Assembly: GCA_965204745.1 (NCBI GenBank)
Contig: OZ242010.1
Span: 2,080,001 to 2,144,000 of the forward strand
DNA: 64,000 nt
From: Candidatus Latescibacterota bacterium
GTDB lineage: Bacteria; Latescibacterota; UBA2968
Direction of reading: 5' to 3'
The notes beneath the pieces were generated by a model. That model was given only the letters and a program-made list of their open reading frames with translations, was not told where the DNA came from and did not search any database. This document shows, one piece after another, positions 47,095 through 56,605 of the stretch (positions within the stretch are counted from its first letter, which is position 1; every line of letters begins with the position of its first letter). A program made the translations under genes and the position numbers.

Positions 47095-48078
47095 TCACAT
47101 GAGTTCTCCGCCACAACTGCTGCCCGCGCCCGCCGTGCAGCCAAAGCAGTGATCGCCCACGCGCACGTCGCGGCCGATCAAGTCGTCGGGCATCACCTCC
47201 CAGAGTTTGACCTCGCGCCCAAACGCATGCAGATCGAGCATCTGGTTAAAATCGCAATCGTAAATCTCGCCTTGCCACCCGACGCTGATCAAGGATCGGC
47301 ACATCAAATTATCGACTGTGTGGGGATTGAAATTGTCCTGCAAGGTCTGCACGTACTGGTCGTAAATGCCCCTGCGCTTGAGAAAATCCCCAAAGCGGCT
47401 GATGGGCATGTTGGTGATGGTGTAGAGCTTGTTGAAGGCGATGTCGTAGCGCGCTTTTAGTTCCGCTTTGTAATCGGCTTCGAGTTCGGCCTGCGGCGGC
47501 GGTAGTGACGCGCCGACCGGGTTGTACACCAGATGCAGTTCCAACCCCGTGCCCGCCCGGCCATATCCGATGCGGTTGAGCAGTTGCAACGCCCGGATGC
47601 TCTTGGTAAAAACGCCGCGCCCGCGCTGTTCATCCACATTTTCCTCCAGATAACACGGCAGGGAACACACCAATTCGATTTCGTGTGCGCGGTAAAATTC
47701 CGGCAGGTCTTCCTGCCCGCGTTCAAAGATCACGGTCAGATTGCAGCGCACCATCACGCGGCGGCCCTGGGCGCGGATGCGCTCGACAAAAGCGCGAAAA
47801 TCCGGATTCAACTCGGGCGCGCCCCCGGTGAGATCAACCGTCTGCACATCGGACTGTTCGAGAAAGGACGCGATGCGGTCGATGGTCTCACCGGTCATGA
47901 TCTCGGTGCGCGTGGGGCTGGCATCCACATGGCAGTGGCGACACGCTTGGTTGCACAATTTGCCCAGGTTGACTTGCAGAATATCTAACCGGTCGCGTGC
48001 GAGTGCGAGGTGTTCATCGCGGAGTTTGCTCGCAAAATCGGTCTTTTGATCCCCACGCGCAATTTGCATCAAAGCCAT
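47095..48078 (-). CDS. Radical SAM protein, ArsS/DUF3641 family
   Basis: LQVNLGKLCNQACRHCHV, TGGAPELN, SLPCY, YDCDFNQML, HCFGCTAGAGSSCGG. Confidence 0.9.
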   Translation of the reverse strand: MALMQIARGDQKTDFASKLRDEHLALARDRLDILQVNLGKLCNQACRHCHVDASPTRTEIMTGETIDRIASFLEQSDVQTVDLTGGAPELNPDFRAFVERIRAQGRRVMVRCNLTVIFERGQEDLPEFYRAHEIELVCSLPCYLEENVDEQRGRGVFTKSIRALQLLNRIGYGRAGTGLELHLVYNPVGASLPPPQAELEADYKAELKARYDIAFNKLYTITNMPISRFGDFLKRRGIYDQYVQTLQDNFNPHTVDNLMCRSLISVGWQGEIYDCDFNQMLDLHAFGREVKLWEVMPDDLIGRDVRVGDHCFGCTAGAGSSCGGELM

Positions 48079-48087
48079 GGTGTTCTC

Positions 48088-49773
48088 CTAAAACGCCCCG
48101 TCGATGATCGACCGCAACCGATGGATACCCGCTATCGGGTCGGTCTTAAAATGGATGCGAACAGCCCGTCTGTTGCGGCGCGAAAGCGCGTGGGCATCGC
48201 CTAGGGCCTGCGCCTCTTTGAGGATGCCAAACGAGAACGCCCGCCCCGGAATCGGCACATCCGCCGCGTCGTCGCCGGTCAGTTGGATGACCGCCACGCT
48301 ATTTGGCCCGCCTTTGTGCAACTGCCCGGTGGAATGCAGGAAGCGCGGCCCAAAGCCCAAGGTGGTTGCCACCCCACAGACTTGGCGAATCCGATGCCGC
48401 AAGCCCTGCAAGTGTGCGACAATATCTCGATTCATGTCGAGGTACGTGCAGAGGGCGACGTAGTCGTCCGGTGCAACGCGGTTGAGAAATTGGGACACGC
48501 AGGCCTCGAGGCTGTCGAGATCGTCCATCCCCGCATCGGCATAAACCGCGACATCGCGGTCGCAAAACAGCGGCGGTTGCGCGGGCAACGCGCCCTCTCG
48601 TTCAAAGGTCTGCGTCAGTTGTGCGGTGAAGTTTTTGCTCTCCTGCACATTGGGTTGGTCAAACGGATTGATGTTCAAAACCGCGCCTGCCACTGCTGTT
48701 GCGTATTCCCACTGAAAAAACGCCGCGCCGAGTGCCAACGGGTCTGCCACATCGAGTTGGATCACGGGCAACCGCGCCGCGCGCAAAGTTTCTATTTTTT
48801 GATCGCGACGCGCATCGCCGGCCAAGCGAATATAAACAAAGACCCGATCCGCGCCATAAGCATCGGGCAGGGCGACGTCTTCCAAATCAATCGGTATCAA
48901 CCCCCGACCATTTTTGCCCGTGCTCTCGGCCAAAAGTTGCTCTAGCCACGCGCCGAAATCCCACAACTTCGGCGAGGTGACGAGCGTCACTTTATCCCGA
49001 CCAGCCTTTGCCAATTCCCCGAGCATGAGGCCCAACAGCAGGCCGGGATTGTGTTCATCCGTTGCCATGCACCGGTCGCCCATCGCCACTGCGCGTTTTA
49101 AGAACGCCCGTACATCCACGCCGATCAAGGCCGCGGGCACCATCCCAAAATGCGAGAGCGCGGAAAACCTGCCGCCGATTTCCGGTACCCCGTGAAAAAC
49201 GGCCCAAAAGTCCCGCTCTTTGGCGAGCGTCTCCAGTGCGGAACCCGGATCCGTAATCGCGACAAAATGTTGCCCTGCTGCATCGCCGACCGCTTCCCGC
49301 ATCTTTGCCCAAAAAAATTCGCAAAATGCGTGGGGTTCGGTGGTCGTGCCGGATTTGCTGGCGACAATGCACAAGGTCGTCTCCATCTCGACCGCATCGG
49401 CAAACCGCTGCACTTGCGCGGGCACCGTGGAATCCAACACATGCAGCGCGGGCCATCCCTCGCGGGGGTCAAACGTCATCGCCAACACCTCGGGGCACAA
49501 ACTGCTGCCGCCCATGCCCAAGAGCAAAACATCCGTCATCCCTCGGTCGCGCACCTGCCGGGCAAACGCGCAGAGTTCTGCCGCCTGATCGCGCATGCGA
49601 GACGCGATGGTGAGCCACCCCAACCAATCGGCTTCGTCCGCGCCCGACCAAAGCGAGGCATCGCCGCGCCACAACCGCTCGGTATTGCCCCGTTGCGACC
49701 ACGCCTTCAATGCGCGGTCAACCCTGGCTTGAAACGCGCCCAAAGACGCATGCATGTCTGAAATCCCGCCCAT
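48088..49773 (-). CDS. pgi: Glucose-6-phosphate isomerase (type seen in Tal-Pgi fusions, here standalone)
   Basis: GMGGSSL, SKSGTTTE, ITDPGS, IGGRFSALS, EQLLAESTGK, NPFDQPNV, HSTGQLHKGG. Confidence 0.88.
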   Translation of the reverse strand: MGGISDMHASLGAFQARVDRALKAWSQRGNTERLWRGDASLWSGADEADWLGWLTIASRMRDQAAELCAFARQVRDRGMTDVLLLGMGGSSLCPEVLAMTFDPREGWPALHVLDSTVPAQVQRFADAVEMETTLCIVASKSGTTTEPHAFCEFFWAKMREAVGDAAGQHFVAITDPGSALETLAKERDFWAVFHGVPEIGGRFSALSHFGMVPAALIGVDVRAFLKRAVAMGDRCMATDEHNPGLLLGLMLGELAKAGRDKVTLVTSPKLWDFGAWLEQLLAESTGKNGRGLIPIDLEDVALPDAYGADRVFVYIRLAGDARRDQKIETLRAARLPVIQLDVADPLALGAAFFQWEYATAVAGAVLNINPFDQPNVQESKNFTAQLTQTFEREGALPAQPPLFCDRDVAVYADAGMDDLDSLEACVSQFLNRVAPDDYVALCTYLDMNRDIVAHLQGLRHRIRQVCGVATTLGFGPRFLHSTGQLHKGGPNSVAVIQLTGDDAADVPIPGRAFSFGILKEAQALGDAHALSRRNRRAVRIHFKTDPIAGIHRLRSIIDGAF

Positions 49774-49774
49774 A

Positions 49775-50596
49775 TCATTTTTGCTCGTTCAGTGCCCAAT
49801 CGTAATCCAAGAACGCGATTTGCACCCCCGGATGGGTTTGCAAATACGCGACATCGTCTTTTTCGAGAAACAGGGCGAGGTAATCCAACAGGGTTTCGCC
49901 CGCGTTATTCGCTTTGAGATATGCGGTAAAATCAGCGCGGAACCACTTAAAAATCGACGACAACCGCACCACATCCGCCCGTTGATCGATTTGCACATGG
50001 GTCGGGTTGCGGACCATATCGCGCATGGCCGCGTGGAGTTGCGCGTCCAAGTCGCCGGGCATAAACGCTTTGTTCTGCAAGCGCGGGCAACTCACCGCCG
50101 CGCAGTTGATCGCCGCGTGGATGCGCGGGTCCGCGAATCGTTTGCGGATGATCTCGTGCTCGATGTGATCCAGCGTCATCTCGCGCCCGCCAACGCGGAA
50201 TGCGTGTCTTTTGAAAAAGCCGTGAAACAGCGCGATGTCCGTCACGGATGCAATGGGATAGGCTTTTGCGACTCCGGCCAGCACGCAGGCATTGTACGCG
50301 TTGATCCAATACGCGAGGCTGTCTGCACGGCCGGGAAAAAGCGCGGGGTGCGTCTCGGGGCTGATCCGCGCGAGTTGCTGCATAAAAAGGCGCAAGTCCT
50401 CATCCGCCTTGACGGCCTCGTAATTGACCCATCCCTCGGCATTGACGACGCGCCCGAGCGTGCGGTTGAGCGGGGCGTAATCGAATGACTCGGCTGCGCT
50501 GTGTTGCACAAATCCCGCGAGGGCGAGGCAGAGTGTCCAAATTCGCCACATCTTGAACGGAGACCTTTCTGACCGGGAAGGGGTCATTTTACGCAT
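49775..50596 (-). CDS. DUF547 exported protein
   Basis: LAYWINAYNA, TLDHIEH, DPRIHAAINCAAVSCP, YDWALN; start uncertain (50596, 50587 or 50551). Confidence 0.9.
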   Translation of the reverse strand: MRKMTPSRSERSPFKMWRIWTLCLALAGFVQHSAAESFDYAPLNRTLGRVVNAEGWVNYEAVKADEDLRLFMQQLARISPETHPALFPGRADSLAYWINAYNACVLAGVAKAYPIASVTDIALFHGFFKRHAFRVGGREMTLDHIEHEIIRKRFADPRIHAAINCAAVSCPRLQNKAFMPGDLDAQLHAAMRDMVRNPTHVQIDQRADVVRLSSIFKWFRADFTAYLKANNAGETLLDYLALFLEKDDVAYLQTHPGVQIAFLDYDWALNEQK

Positions 50597-51947
50597 CAAA
50601 AAACGTCAGGTACGGCTTGTCGTGGATTTCGCGTTGGAGCAAGACCGCCAGTTCCATCGCGTGGTAATCGCCCCACATCGACGCTTCGCCACACGCGACC
50701 TGTTGCCCTTCGGGGACGTGGTCCCACGCATTGGGGTTGTGGTAAATCGAATGCAGGATGAGGCCCTGATGCCCTTTGTCTTCGGACAAATAGGGCGGGT
50801 TAAACAGGGTTTGTGCCACGGTGAACGCGGCTTGGCGATAGCGCGCATCGTCCAAATAGACGCCCAACCGGTAAAGCCCTTGCGCTGCAATGGCCGCGGC
50901 AGAACTATCGACGGGTTCATGTGCATTGTACGGATCGGAGATGCGATTGCTATCGTTTTTCATCGGCGCGAGTCCGGGCGCGCCCGCATCCCAGAATGGA
51001 ATGCCGTCTGCCGATGTGATTTTGTCGATGTAATAATCCGCTGTGGCGCGGGCCGCTTTGAGCATCCAAGCTGTCACCGCATCTCGCCCGCCGTACAGGT
51101 CGAGCGCGTCATCCGGCAGATGGGCCACGTATTCCAAGAGTTCGGCATAGCCGGTCACAATCCACGCCAGCCCGCGCGTCCATGTCGAAAATGGCGAGTA
51201 CCCCTGTTGCGTGCTCGGGCAGCGGTAATTGCCATCATTGAGGTTGAAAATGGACTCGTGTACCACCCGGCCGCAAATGTCGTAGCGGTCGCGCCCCTCG
51301 CCGTAATACACGTTGAATCGCGCGGTTGTCTCGGCGTGGTGGAGCAGGCGTTGGAGCAGGGAAATCGCGCGGTCGTTTTCCCCCATCAAGACGTGGCCGA
51401 GATCGTGTGCTAAGGCCAAGGCGCGGCACGAGCGAATGGTGTCTGAAAACAGGGAATGCGGCCCGTTGAACGAATAGATGTAGCCCTTGCCATCGCCGAT
51501 AGTCGTCCAGCGTGCGGCTTGAACCGCGCCCGAGGCTTTGAGGGCCAATTCGTAAAAATGCCGCTCCCACTCGTTTTCCGCAATCGCGCCCTCGCGCATC
51601 AACCGGCGCAAATTGCCATAAGTCGAGACATTGTTAAACCCGTGGTCATGCACCCCAATATGCGTCACATGAGACGCCATGCGCTCGACCGTGCCCACGC
51701 GCCCAATGTGCAACAAATCCTCGTCGCCCGTGATCTCATAGCCCAAAATCGCGCATCCAAACTGAAACCCCTGCGTCCACTCGGTCCACCCGCGCGTGGT
51801 GTATTTGCCATCTACCGTAAAAACCGGGGTTCCGCGATTCGGATCCCAGGTCGCGTCAATGTTGCGGATTTTCTCAACCGCCAGCGCGAAAAAGCGCTTC
51901 AGCCCGGTTCGCAAATCCCCGAGCCGAATATCGACATTCACTCTCAT
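50589..51947 (-). CDS. Glycoside hydrolase family 88-like (unsaturated glucuronyl hydrolase)
   Basis: WTQGF, HDHGF, STWTRGLAW, DSSAAAIA, WGDY. Confidence 0.85.
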   Translation of the reverse strand: MRVNVDIRLGDLRTGLKRFFALAVEKIRNIDATWDPNRGTPVFTVDGKYTTRGWTEWTQGFQFGCAILGYEITGDEDLLHIGRVGTVERMASHVTHIGVHDHGFNNVSTYGNLRRLMREGAIAENEWERHFYELALKASGAVQAARWTTIGDGKGYIYSFNGPHSLFSDTIRSCRALALAHDLGHVLMGENDRAISLLQRLLHHAETTARFNVYYGEGRDRYDICGRVVHESIFNLNDGNYRCPSTQQGYSPFSTWTRGLAWIVTGYAELLEYVAHLPDDALDLYGGRDAVTAWMLKAARATADYYIDKITSADGIPFWDAGAPGLAPMKNDSNRISDPYNAHEPVDSSAAAIAAQGLYRLGVYLDDARYRQAAFTVAQTLFNPPYLSEDKGHQGLILHSIYHNPNAWDHVPEGQQVACGEASMWGDYHAMELAVLLQREIHDKPYLTFFDA

Positions 51948-51950
51948 TTT

Positions 51951-52253
51951 TTATCCTTGATTGACCGCCTTGGCGAAATCGACATCCGCACGGGTGACGG
52001 CGTTTTCGCTGTGCGTGGTCACGGAGACCGTGAGGGTTTTGGCGCGGCTGTTGAGATGGATATCGGAGTGGTGGTTGTTCTCGTCCATGATCTCGGTCAG
52101 CCTGCGGACCTGAGCCATTGTCGGCACAAATTTTTCAAAGTGCCAAACGCGCTGCAACTCCTTCGCGTCTTCGAGATACGCCCAGCCTTCGAGCGCGGCG
52201 ACTTCTGCGCGAATCTCGTCTTCGGTCAGTCGGGTTTTGTCTTCAACGGCCAT
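51951..52253 (-). CDS. Pterin-4a-carbinolamine dehydratase
   Basis: ENNHHSDI, TTHS...VTRADVDFA; GGAGG RBS. Confidence 0.88.
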   Translation of the reverse strand: MAVEDKTRLTEDEIRAEVAALEGWAYLEDAKELQRVWHFEKFVPTMAQVRRLTEIMDENNHHSDIHLNSRAKTLTVSVTTHSENAVTRADVDFAKAVNQG

Positions 52254-52289
52254 GGGTACACCTCCATCAGAAAAGTGAAAAGTGAACAT

Positions 52290-52510
52290 CATCAGGGTCA
52301 GGGAGCGGCAAAAGTTCAGGTGCGTGGCGATAGCGTGGTGGCGTGGTGGCGTTCATCAGAAACCGCAGTTCTGGGGCAACCACGGGCGCGCCTTTTTTTA
52401 GTAACGCGGCACGCATCTGCCAATGCCAACTACTCACCGGATTCGAGGCCGTTTGCCAAATCGCGGTGCGATAAAGCACGCACAAGGGATAAATTGATCC
52501 TCCATGCACG
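52290..52510 (-). pseudogene. Possible decayed C-terminal fragment of a MobA-like nucleotidyltransferase
   Basis: GGSIYPLCVLYR...FLMNATTPPRY resembles MobA PL.A.Y...N.NTP.DY; no start or N-terminal domain. Confidence 0.3.
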
Positions 52511-52548
52511 GGACAAAAAAGGACGCTGTTACACGCCCTTCGCAACCT

Positions 52549-52710
52549 CTACTCAATGCCGAGGCTCGCGGCTTCTTCAGATGTGTAATATCTGATGCCT
52601 TTGGCCTCTAATTTCTTGCGCGCCTTTTTGCCCCGCTTGCCACCCCGTCGCACCAGCGAGAGCAACCGTCTGGTTTCCTCGAGGTCTTTATTTACATAAC
52701 TGGATTTCAA
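52549..52710 (-). CDS. Small basic hypothetical protein (~53 aa)
   Basis: LKSSYVNKDLEETRRLLSLVRRGGKRGKKARKKLEAKGIRYY; weak RBS, TTG start assumed. Confidence 0.45.
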   Translation of the reverse strand: MKSSYVNKDLEETRRLLSLVRRGGKRGKKARKKLEAKGIRYYTSEEAASLGIE

Positions 52711-52965
52711 AACATAACCGCCTTTGCTTTGTCGCACACCCGTGCGAAGTGTTCGATTGTCCCTCAATATATACAAAATATACAAAGCCGCGTCAAAACG
52801 CAATGCCTACCCCACTTGGCTCAATCCCGTAAGTTCCGTATATTGTTAGCCCCCGCCACACCACAAGTAAGACGTGAGAGGCAAGACGTGAGACGCAAGA
52901 GGGGGCGGCGCGGGAGACGCACAGGGGTAGCGGGGTGAGCTGACAACTGACAACCGACAACTACC

Positions 52966-53442
52966 ATGCCAATCGAAATCGAACGAAAATTTTGCGTGCA
53001 AGAAATGCCGAATCTAACCGCGCACTCCGGCGTGGCTATCGCGCAGGGGTATCTCGCGGTGGATGTAGCGGGTACTGAAATACGAGTTCGGCGCGAGGGC
53101 GGGCACTATTATCAAACCGTGAAAATGGGTATGGGCATAAAACGCATCGAAGTCGAGATGGCGTTGACCCGCGTGCAGTTTGACATCCTCTGGCCCTTGA
53201 CAGCGGGCAGGCGCGTCAAAAAAGTGCGGTATGAACTGACCGAAGGAAAATGGACCATTGAGTTGGACGTGTATCGCGGTCGCCTGAATGGCCTCGTCGT
53301 GGCCGAGGTCGAGTTTGAGAGCGTGGCCGAAAGTGCGCGTTTTGTCCCGCCGCCGTGGTTCGGCAGGGAAGTGACGGATGATGCGCGATACAAAAATGCC
53401 AACCTCGCACAAAGGGGGTTGCCCGATGATCGCACGCAGTGA
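52966..53442 (+). CDS. CYTH (triphosphate tunnel metalloenzyme) protein
   Basis: EIERKF (ExExK), IAQGYL, IRVR, KVRY, ELDVY, VAEVEF, EVTDDARYKN. Confidence 0.95.
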   Translation: MPIEIERKFCVQEMPNLTAHSGVAIAQGYLAVDVAGTEIRVRREGGHYYQTVKMGMGIKRIEVEMALTRVQFDILWPLTAGRRVKKVRYELTEGKWTIELDVYRGRLNGLVVAEVEFESVAESARFVPPPWFGREVTDDARYKNANLAQRGLPDDRTQ

Positions 53443-54937
53443 AACGTATCGTTTGCGCGAGGCACACGGCCCGGAATGGGTCGAGCAACTCGCGCCTGGG
53501 CGCGTGGTGCTCGCGTCTCGAACCACAAAGGCCGTTCGGTACTTCGACACGTTTGACTGGCGGTTGTACCGCAAGGGCCTCGCGCTGGTGCAAGCGAAGA
53601 ACGAGGTGCATCTGTTGCGCGTTTCGGATGGCGAAATACGCGCCCAGACCGAGATCTCGCCGGAGGGCCGTTTTTGGTGGATGTTCCCCAAAGGCGCGTT
53701 GCGCGATATATTGCGCGCTGCCCTCTCGGTGCGGGCGTTGTTGTTGCGTGCAGAGGTGCGGCAACAGGTGTGCGCGTTTCGGGTTTTGAATGCGGATGAA
53801 AAGACCGTCGTTCGCTTGTTTCTCACCCATAGCGCGTCCGATGGGGCCGCCGAAGACGCACGGGCATTTTTCACCTTGCGCGAGGTGCGAGGCTACGAGC
53901 GCGAGTTCGAGGCGTTGCGCCGCAGGGTCGCAAAATTGGATGTCGCACGGATATCCGAGGGCGTGTTTGAGGGCGTTGCGGGATGTGCGCCGGGGGATTA
54001 TTCGTCAAAGCTCGAGCTCGACTTGAACCCGAACGGGACCGGGCGCGAGGCCATCTGCGACATTTTGAAATGCCTGCGCGATACCATGCGCCAAAACGAG
54101 GCGGGCATTCGCGCGGATTGGGACACGGAGTTTTTGCACGATTTCCGGGTGGCGATTCGGCGCACGCGCTCCGCATTGAGTCAGATCAAAGGCGTGTTGC
54201 CCAAAGATGCGGTGGATCACTTCAAGGCCGAATTTCGGCAACTGGGCAGATCGACCAATCGGTTGCGCGATTTGGACGTGTATTTGCTCAAAGCGGAAAC
54301 CTATCGGGCCATGCTACCGCCCGCGCTACAACCCGGATTAGACGCGGTGTTTGCCCGGTTGAAAAGAGAACGCGAGCACGCCCTCCAAGATGTGGTGCAA
54401 GTTCTCGATTCGCCCGAATACCGGGGGTTGATGGCGTCAGGGACAACTTTTTTGCAGAATGGGCATGAGGGCGTTGCCCCGGCAGGGGATACGCCTGTGG
54501 TCGCACTTGCGCGGGGGGTTGTTTGGAAGCGTTTTAGGCGGGTGCTCAAACGCGGCAAAGCCATTGAATCCCATACCCCGGACGAGGCGTTGCACGACTT
54601 GCGGATCGACTGCAAAAAATTGCGCTACTCGTTGGAGTTCTTCGCGTCGTTTTTCCCGAAAGACAAAATGGACGAGTTGATCGGGCACCTAAAAAACTTG
54701 CAGGATAACTTGGGCGAGTTCAACGACTTATCCGTGCAACAGGCGGATTTGATGGCCGCTTTGAACGGCGCGTTGCCCCGTGGCGAGGATCGCCTGCTTT
54801 GCGCCGCGGCTATCGGCGGTCTCGTCGCGCAGTTGCACGCCCAACAGCGCGTTGTTCGGCGTGCGTTTGCCAGCGCGTTTGCCGCATTTTCCAAAAAGAA
54901 AAATGTTCGGCTCTACCGCGCTTTGTTTGGGAACTAG
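53426..54937 (+). CDS. CHAD-domain (polyphosphate-binding) protein with N-terminal CYTH-like region
   Basis: YFDTFDWRL; LHDFRVAIRRTRS, RDLDV, LHDLRIDCKKLRY, LQDNLGEFND. Confidence 0.93.
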   Translation: MIARSETYRLREAHGPEWVEQLAPGRVVLASRTTKAVRYFDTFDWRLYRKGLALVQAKNEVHLLRVSDGEIRAQTEISPEGRFWWMFPKGALRDILRAALSVRALLLRAEVRQQVCAFRVLNADEKTVVRLFLTHSASDGAAEDARAFFTLREVRGYEREFEALRRRVAKLDVARISEGVFEGVAGCAPGDYSSKLELDLNPNGTGREAICDILKCLRDTMRQNEAGIRADWDTEFLHDFRVAIRRTRSALSQIKGVLPKDAVDHFKAEFRQLGRSTNRLRDLDVYLLKAETYRAMLPPALQPGLDAVFARLKREREHALQDVVQVLDSPEYRGLMASGTTFLQNGHEGVAPAGDTPVVALARGVVWKRFRRVLKRGKAIESHTPDEALHDLRIDCKKLRYSLEFFASFFPKDKMDELIGHLKNLQDNLGEFNDLSVQQADLMAALNGALPRGEDRLLCAAAIGGLVAQLHAQQRVVRRAFASAFAAFSKKKNVRLYRALFGN

Positions 54938-54939
54938 CG

Positions 54940-55686
54940 ATGGGTATCTACGCACTGTACAGCATGAAAGGCGGCGTGGGCAAGACCGCTGCCGCAGTGA
55001 ATTTGGCGTACGAGGCGGTTCACTCCGGCGCGACCGCGTTGGTGTGCGATTTGGACCCGCAGGGCGCGGCGGCGTTTTACTTTCGCATTCGCGCCAAAAA
55101 AAAGTTCGGGCGCAAGCGTTTTTTGAAGGGCGGCAAGCACCTCGCCAAAAATATCCGGGGCACGGATTTTGAGGGGCTCGACCTGTTGCCGTCTGCGATG
55201 TCGTTTCGCAATCTGGATTTGGGCTTGGACGACACCGCGAAAAACGAGAACCATCTCAAGCGGTTGTTGGCCCCGCTGCGGAAGGATTACGACCACATTT
55301 TTCTCGATTGCCCGCCCAATCTCACGCGCTTGGCCGAGCACGTTTTCAGGGCCGCTGATTACGTCATCGTGCCGTGCATTCCCACGACCTTGTCGGCATT
55401 GACCCACCAAAAGTTGTTGGACTTTTTCAAAAAGAACGGACTGAAGCGCGACAAACTCATGGCGTTTTTTTCGATGGTTGAACAGCGCAAAACCATGCAC
55501 CGCGAGATGATCGCGCACCTGCCCGAGTCCAAGGCGAAATTTTTGTCCGCGCAAATTCCCTATACCACAGACGTGGAACGCATGGGCTTGGCGCGGCAAC
55601 CGGTGGCGTGCGTTCGCCCGCGGTCAAAGGGCGCGCAGGCATATCGGGCGCTGTGGGCGGAGTTGCAAACGCTTTTGGCAAAATGA
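54940..55686 (+). CDS. ParA/MinD-family ATPase
   Basis: KGGVGKT deviant Walker A, DLDPQG, FLDCPP. Confidence 0.93.
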   Translation: MGIYALYSMKGGVGKTAAAVNLAYEAVHSGATALVCDLDPQGAAAFYFRIRAKKKFGRKRFLKGGKHLAKNIRGTDFEGLDLLPSAMSFRNLDLGLDDTAKNENHLKRLLAPLRKDYDHIFLDCPPNLTRLAEHVFRAADYVIVPCIPTTLSALTHQKLLDFFKKNGLKRDKLMAFFSMVEQRKTMHREMIAHLPESKAKFLSAQIPYTTDVERMGLARQPVACVRPRSKGAQAYRALWAELQTLLAK

Positions 55687-55702
55687 GCGATTCCGCCAAA
55701 AA

Positions 55703-55742
55703 TCAAAAACCCCCCGGCGAGTCTCGTCGGGGGGTCGATTTG
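55703..55742. terminator. Probable intrinsic terminator (best for the minus-strand tonB transcript)
   Basis: AAAAACCCCCCGGCGAG-T-CTCGTCGGGGGGT hairpin between convergent genes. Confidence 0.7.
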
Positions 55743-55763
55743 TGGGCATTTGTGGGAGGTGGG

Positions 55764-56447
55764 TCACTGCTCTAAGCGGAAGCGCATGGGCATCACGAGA
55801 TAGACTTTGACCGGTCTATCGTTTTGACGCGCTGGCGTAAAGCGGTATTGATAAACGGCCTTGAGGGCGGCTTTTTGAAAAATTTCCTTGCCCCGAACAG
55901 CCGTGGCTTCTGCGATGCTTCCGTCTTTGTCGATCAGCACTTTGATGACGACCGTACCCTCAATGCCCGCTTTGAGCGCGACTTGGGGATATTCGGGGGC
56001 CACGCGCTTGATGATCTTGGGCTTTTCTTCCACCATCATGTAGTCGAGGATTTCCTCTTCTTCCACTTTGATGGCCGTCTCGGTAGGCGGCGGCGGCACG
56101 TCGATGGTGACGTGGTCAAAGTCGAGGTCCGTGGCTTCGATAGTGACGTCGTCGGGCACATCCGCGCTTTCGGTCGCAATGGGCACGGCCGGGCGCGGAG
56201 GCGGAGGCGGACGGTGAATTTGACGGGTTTCCGGAATATCCAAGGTCTCGATGACGATGGTCTTGCGCTCCACTTTGCGCGGGCTGGCTTTGAAGGTGGG
56301 AAATGCGATTCCAATGCCCACGTGCAAAACGAGTGCGATGCCCATACAAATGCGGAAGGTGCGCTTGTACGTGCGCTTGAGATCGAACGCGGGGTTTTTC
56401 GTGCGCGGAATCTCGGGCGTGATCCACTGGTCGGGTTTTTCTGCCAT
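55764..56447 (-). CDS. tonB: TonB-family energy transducer
   Basis: TM helix with conserved His (ALVLH), Pro-rich linker, PEYP..A...GIEGTV..KVLID..G, FTPARQ. Confidence 0.9.
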   Translation of the reverse strand: MAEKPDQWITPEIPRTKNPAFDLKRTYKRTFRICMGIALVLHVGIGIAFPTFKASPRKVERKTIVIETLDIPETRQIHRPPPPPRPAVPIATESADVPDDVTIEATDLDFDHVTIDVPPPPTETAIKVEEEEILDYMMVEEKPKIIKRVAPEYPQVALKAGIEGTVVIKVLIDKDGSIAEATAVRGKEIFQKAALKAVYQYRFTPARQNDRPVKVYLVMPMRFRLEQ

Positions 56448-56605
56448 AGCTTTTCTCGCCTGTGAAATAGGGTGGGGTCAACGTGGTTTTGCCCTGACGG
56501 GGCCTTAACTATACAGCGGTATGCTTGGAATGGCAAGTATTTTCGCCCGCCCTTATTCGACAAACCGCTTGTGTGTTCGTCGTCGATGGCAATATATTGC
56601 AGGTC

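Noticed and set aside
47095-47130. Selenocysteine in the ArsS-like C-terminal SSxGG motif
   Set aside because: The codon is TGT (Cys) and the frame is open to its normal stop
54940-55686. Chromosome or plasmid partition locus
   Set aside because: No parB, parS-like palindrome or replication gene nearby
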